From IMG/VR virus record IMGVR_UViG_3300002168_000007, positions 1 through 41,175 of that record: a DNA stretch of 41,175 bases. One strand, given 5' to 3'. Below are positions 40,911-41,175 of this stretch, piece after piece; positions within the stretch are counted from its first letter, which is position 1, and every line of letters starts with the position of its first letter. The notes under the pieces were generated by a model that did not search any database, was not told where the DNA came from, and worked only from the letters and a program-made list of their open reading frames with translations. A program made the position numbers and the translations under genes. The DNA is from a virus.

Positions 40911-41006
40911 CTTCTCATTACTTATACGAGGGGATGGTAAAAGTGTAATATCTTTTTCACAAAGAAAATATAATTAAAGAACGTATTTATTATTCTTTAC
41001 AATATT

Positions 41007-41015
41007 ATTATAGCA
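41007..41015 (-). promoter_or_regulatory. Extended -10 promoter element TGCTATAAT (candidate late promoter, no recognisable -35)
   Basis: The minus strand reads ...ACGTGCTATAATAATATTG.... The nearest upstream sequence is the phased repeat array. Confidence 0.45.
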
Positions 41016-41020
41016 CGTAT

Positions 41021-41061
41021 TTCTTGTAATTTTGTGTAATGTTTGTGTAAATTTTGTGTAA
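41021..41061. repeat. Four helically phased direct repeats TTTGTGTAA (one degenerate), spacing 10-11 bp
   Basis: Plus strand: TTCTTGTAA at 41021, TTTGTGTAA at 41031, 41042 and 41053. Confidence 0.85.
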
Positions 41062-41077
41062 TGAAAAAGCGATAGAA

Positions 41078-41175
41078 ATTAATCTATCACTTATATAAAC
41101 TTACTATGTTCTGTTTTTACTTCTTTTGAATATACAAAAATTCCATCAACTTCTTTAAGTATCTTATCTATATCT
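41078..41175 (+). repeat. Terminal overlap, copy B (identical to 1..98)
   Basis: Base-by-base identity with the window start. Contains the 3' part of gene 14..205. Confidence 0.95.

Larger units (their letters stand above)
1..41175. mobile_element. Complete temperate siphovirus-type phage genome, circularly closed (unit 41,077 bp)
   Basis: Full set of packaging, head, non-contractile tail, lysis, lysogeny (repressor and serine integrase), recombination and replication modules. No flanking host genes. Window ends are identical over 98 bp. Confidence 0.9.

Noticed and set aside
40800-40918. 36-aa leader-peptide ORF (MRSHRLHRWFF...) spanning the promoter-proximal terminator, as in classical attenuation
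   Set aside because: There is no SD upstream of its ATG. The composition is unremarkable, and the frame may be fortuitous.

Overview
The window is one complete, circularly closed genome of a temperate siphovirus-type phage from a low-GC Firmicute, probably Clostridium-like. That host guess rests on visibly high A+T content, GGAGG-type Shine-Dalgarno sites and gene families, and was not computed. Bases 1..98 are identical to 41078..41175, so the unit length is 41,077 bp.

Almost everything is on the minus strand.
- Late operon (about 40.6 kb down to 17.5 kb): dual-HTH protein, TerS, TerL, portal, SPP1-gp7-like minor head protein, a collagen-like fibre cassette, scaffold, major capsid, four head-tail joining proteins, major tail protein, chaperone and Gp15-like protein, tape measure, a membrane-protein moron, Dit, Tal, a BppU-type receptor-binding protein, and an XhlA-like/holin/amidase lysis cassette.
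- Between lysis and lysogeny: a self-contained moron encoding a secreted HExxH metalloprotease, then a candidate attP.
- Lysogeny module, the only plus-strand genes: a CI-like repressor and a large serine integrase.
- Early operon (14.2 kb down to 14 and across the junction): Cro-like protein, ORF6N antirepressor, four tiny membrane ORFs, HTH and AbrB regulators, a paralogue pair, Gp157, ERF recombinase, replication initiator with internal iterons, DnaC-like loader, DUF3310, SSB, DUF1064, MazG-like protein, small genes, and a sigma-r4-like regulator.

No tRNA, rRNA, CRISPR array, reverse transcriptase or transposase was seen.

The main non-obvious signals are:
1. A late control region resembling lambda PR'/tR', plus at least six more intrinsic terminators inside the late operon. 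This implies processive antitermination.
2. Six copies of a mosaic element of 28-34 nt that fills stop-to-SD gaps between early genes.
3. An in-frame amber codon separating the SSB OB-fold from its canonical acidic ...EEVPF tail.
4. A plus-strand promoter and terminator pair that predicts an OOP-like antisense sRNA.
5. A 386-bp non-coding spacer between terS and terL, rich in GAGAC/GTCTC.
6. Three promoter/terminator-bounded cassettes (morons).

All functional calls come from motif recognition and synteny only. No searches or folding programs were run.
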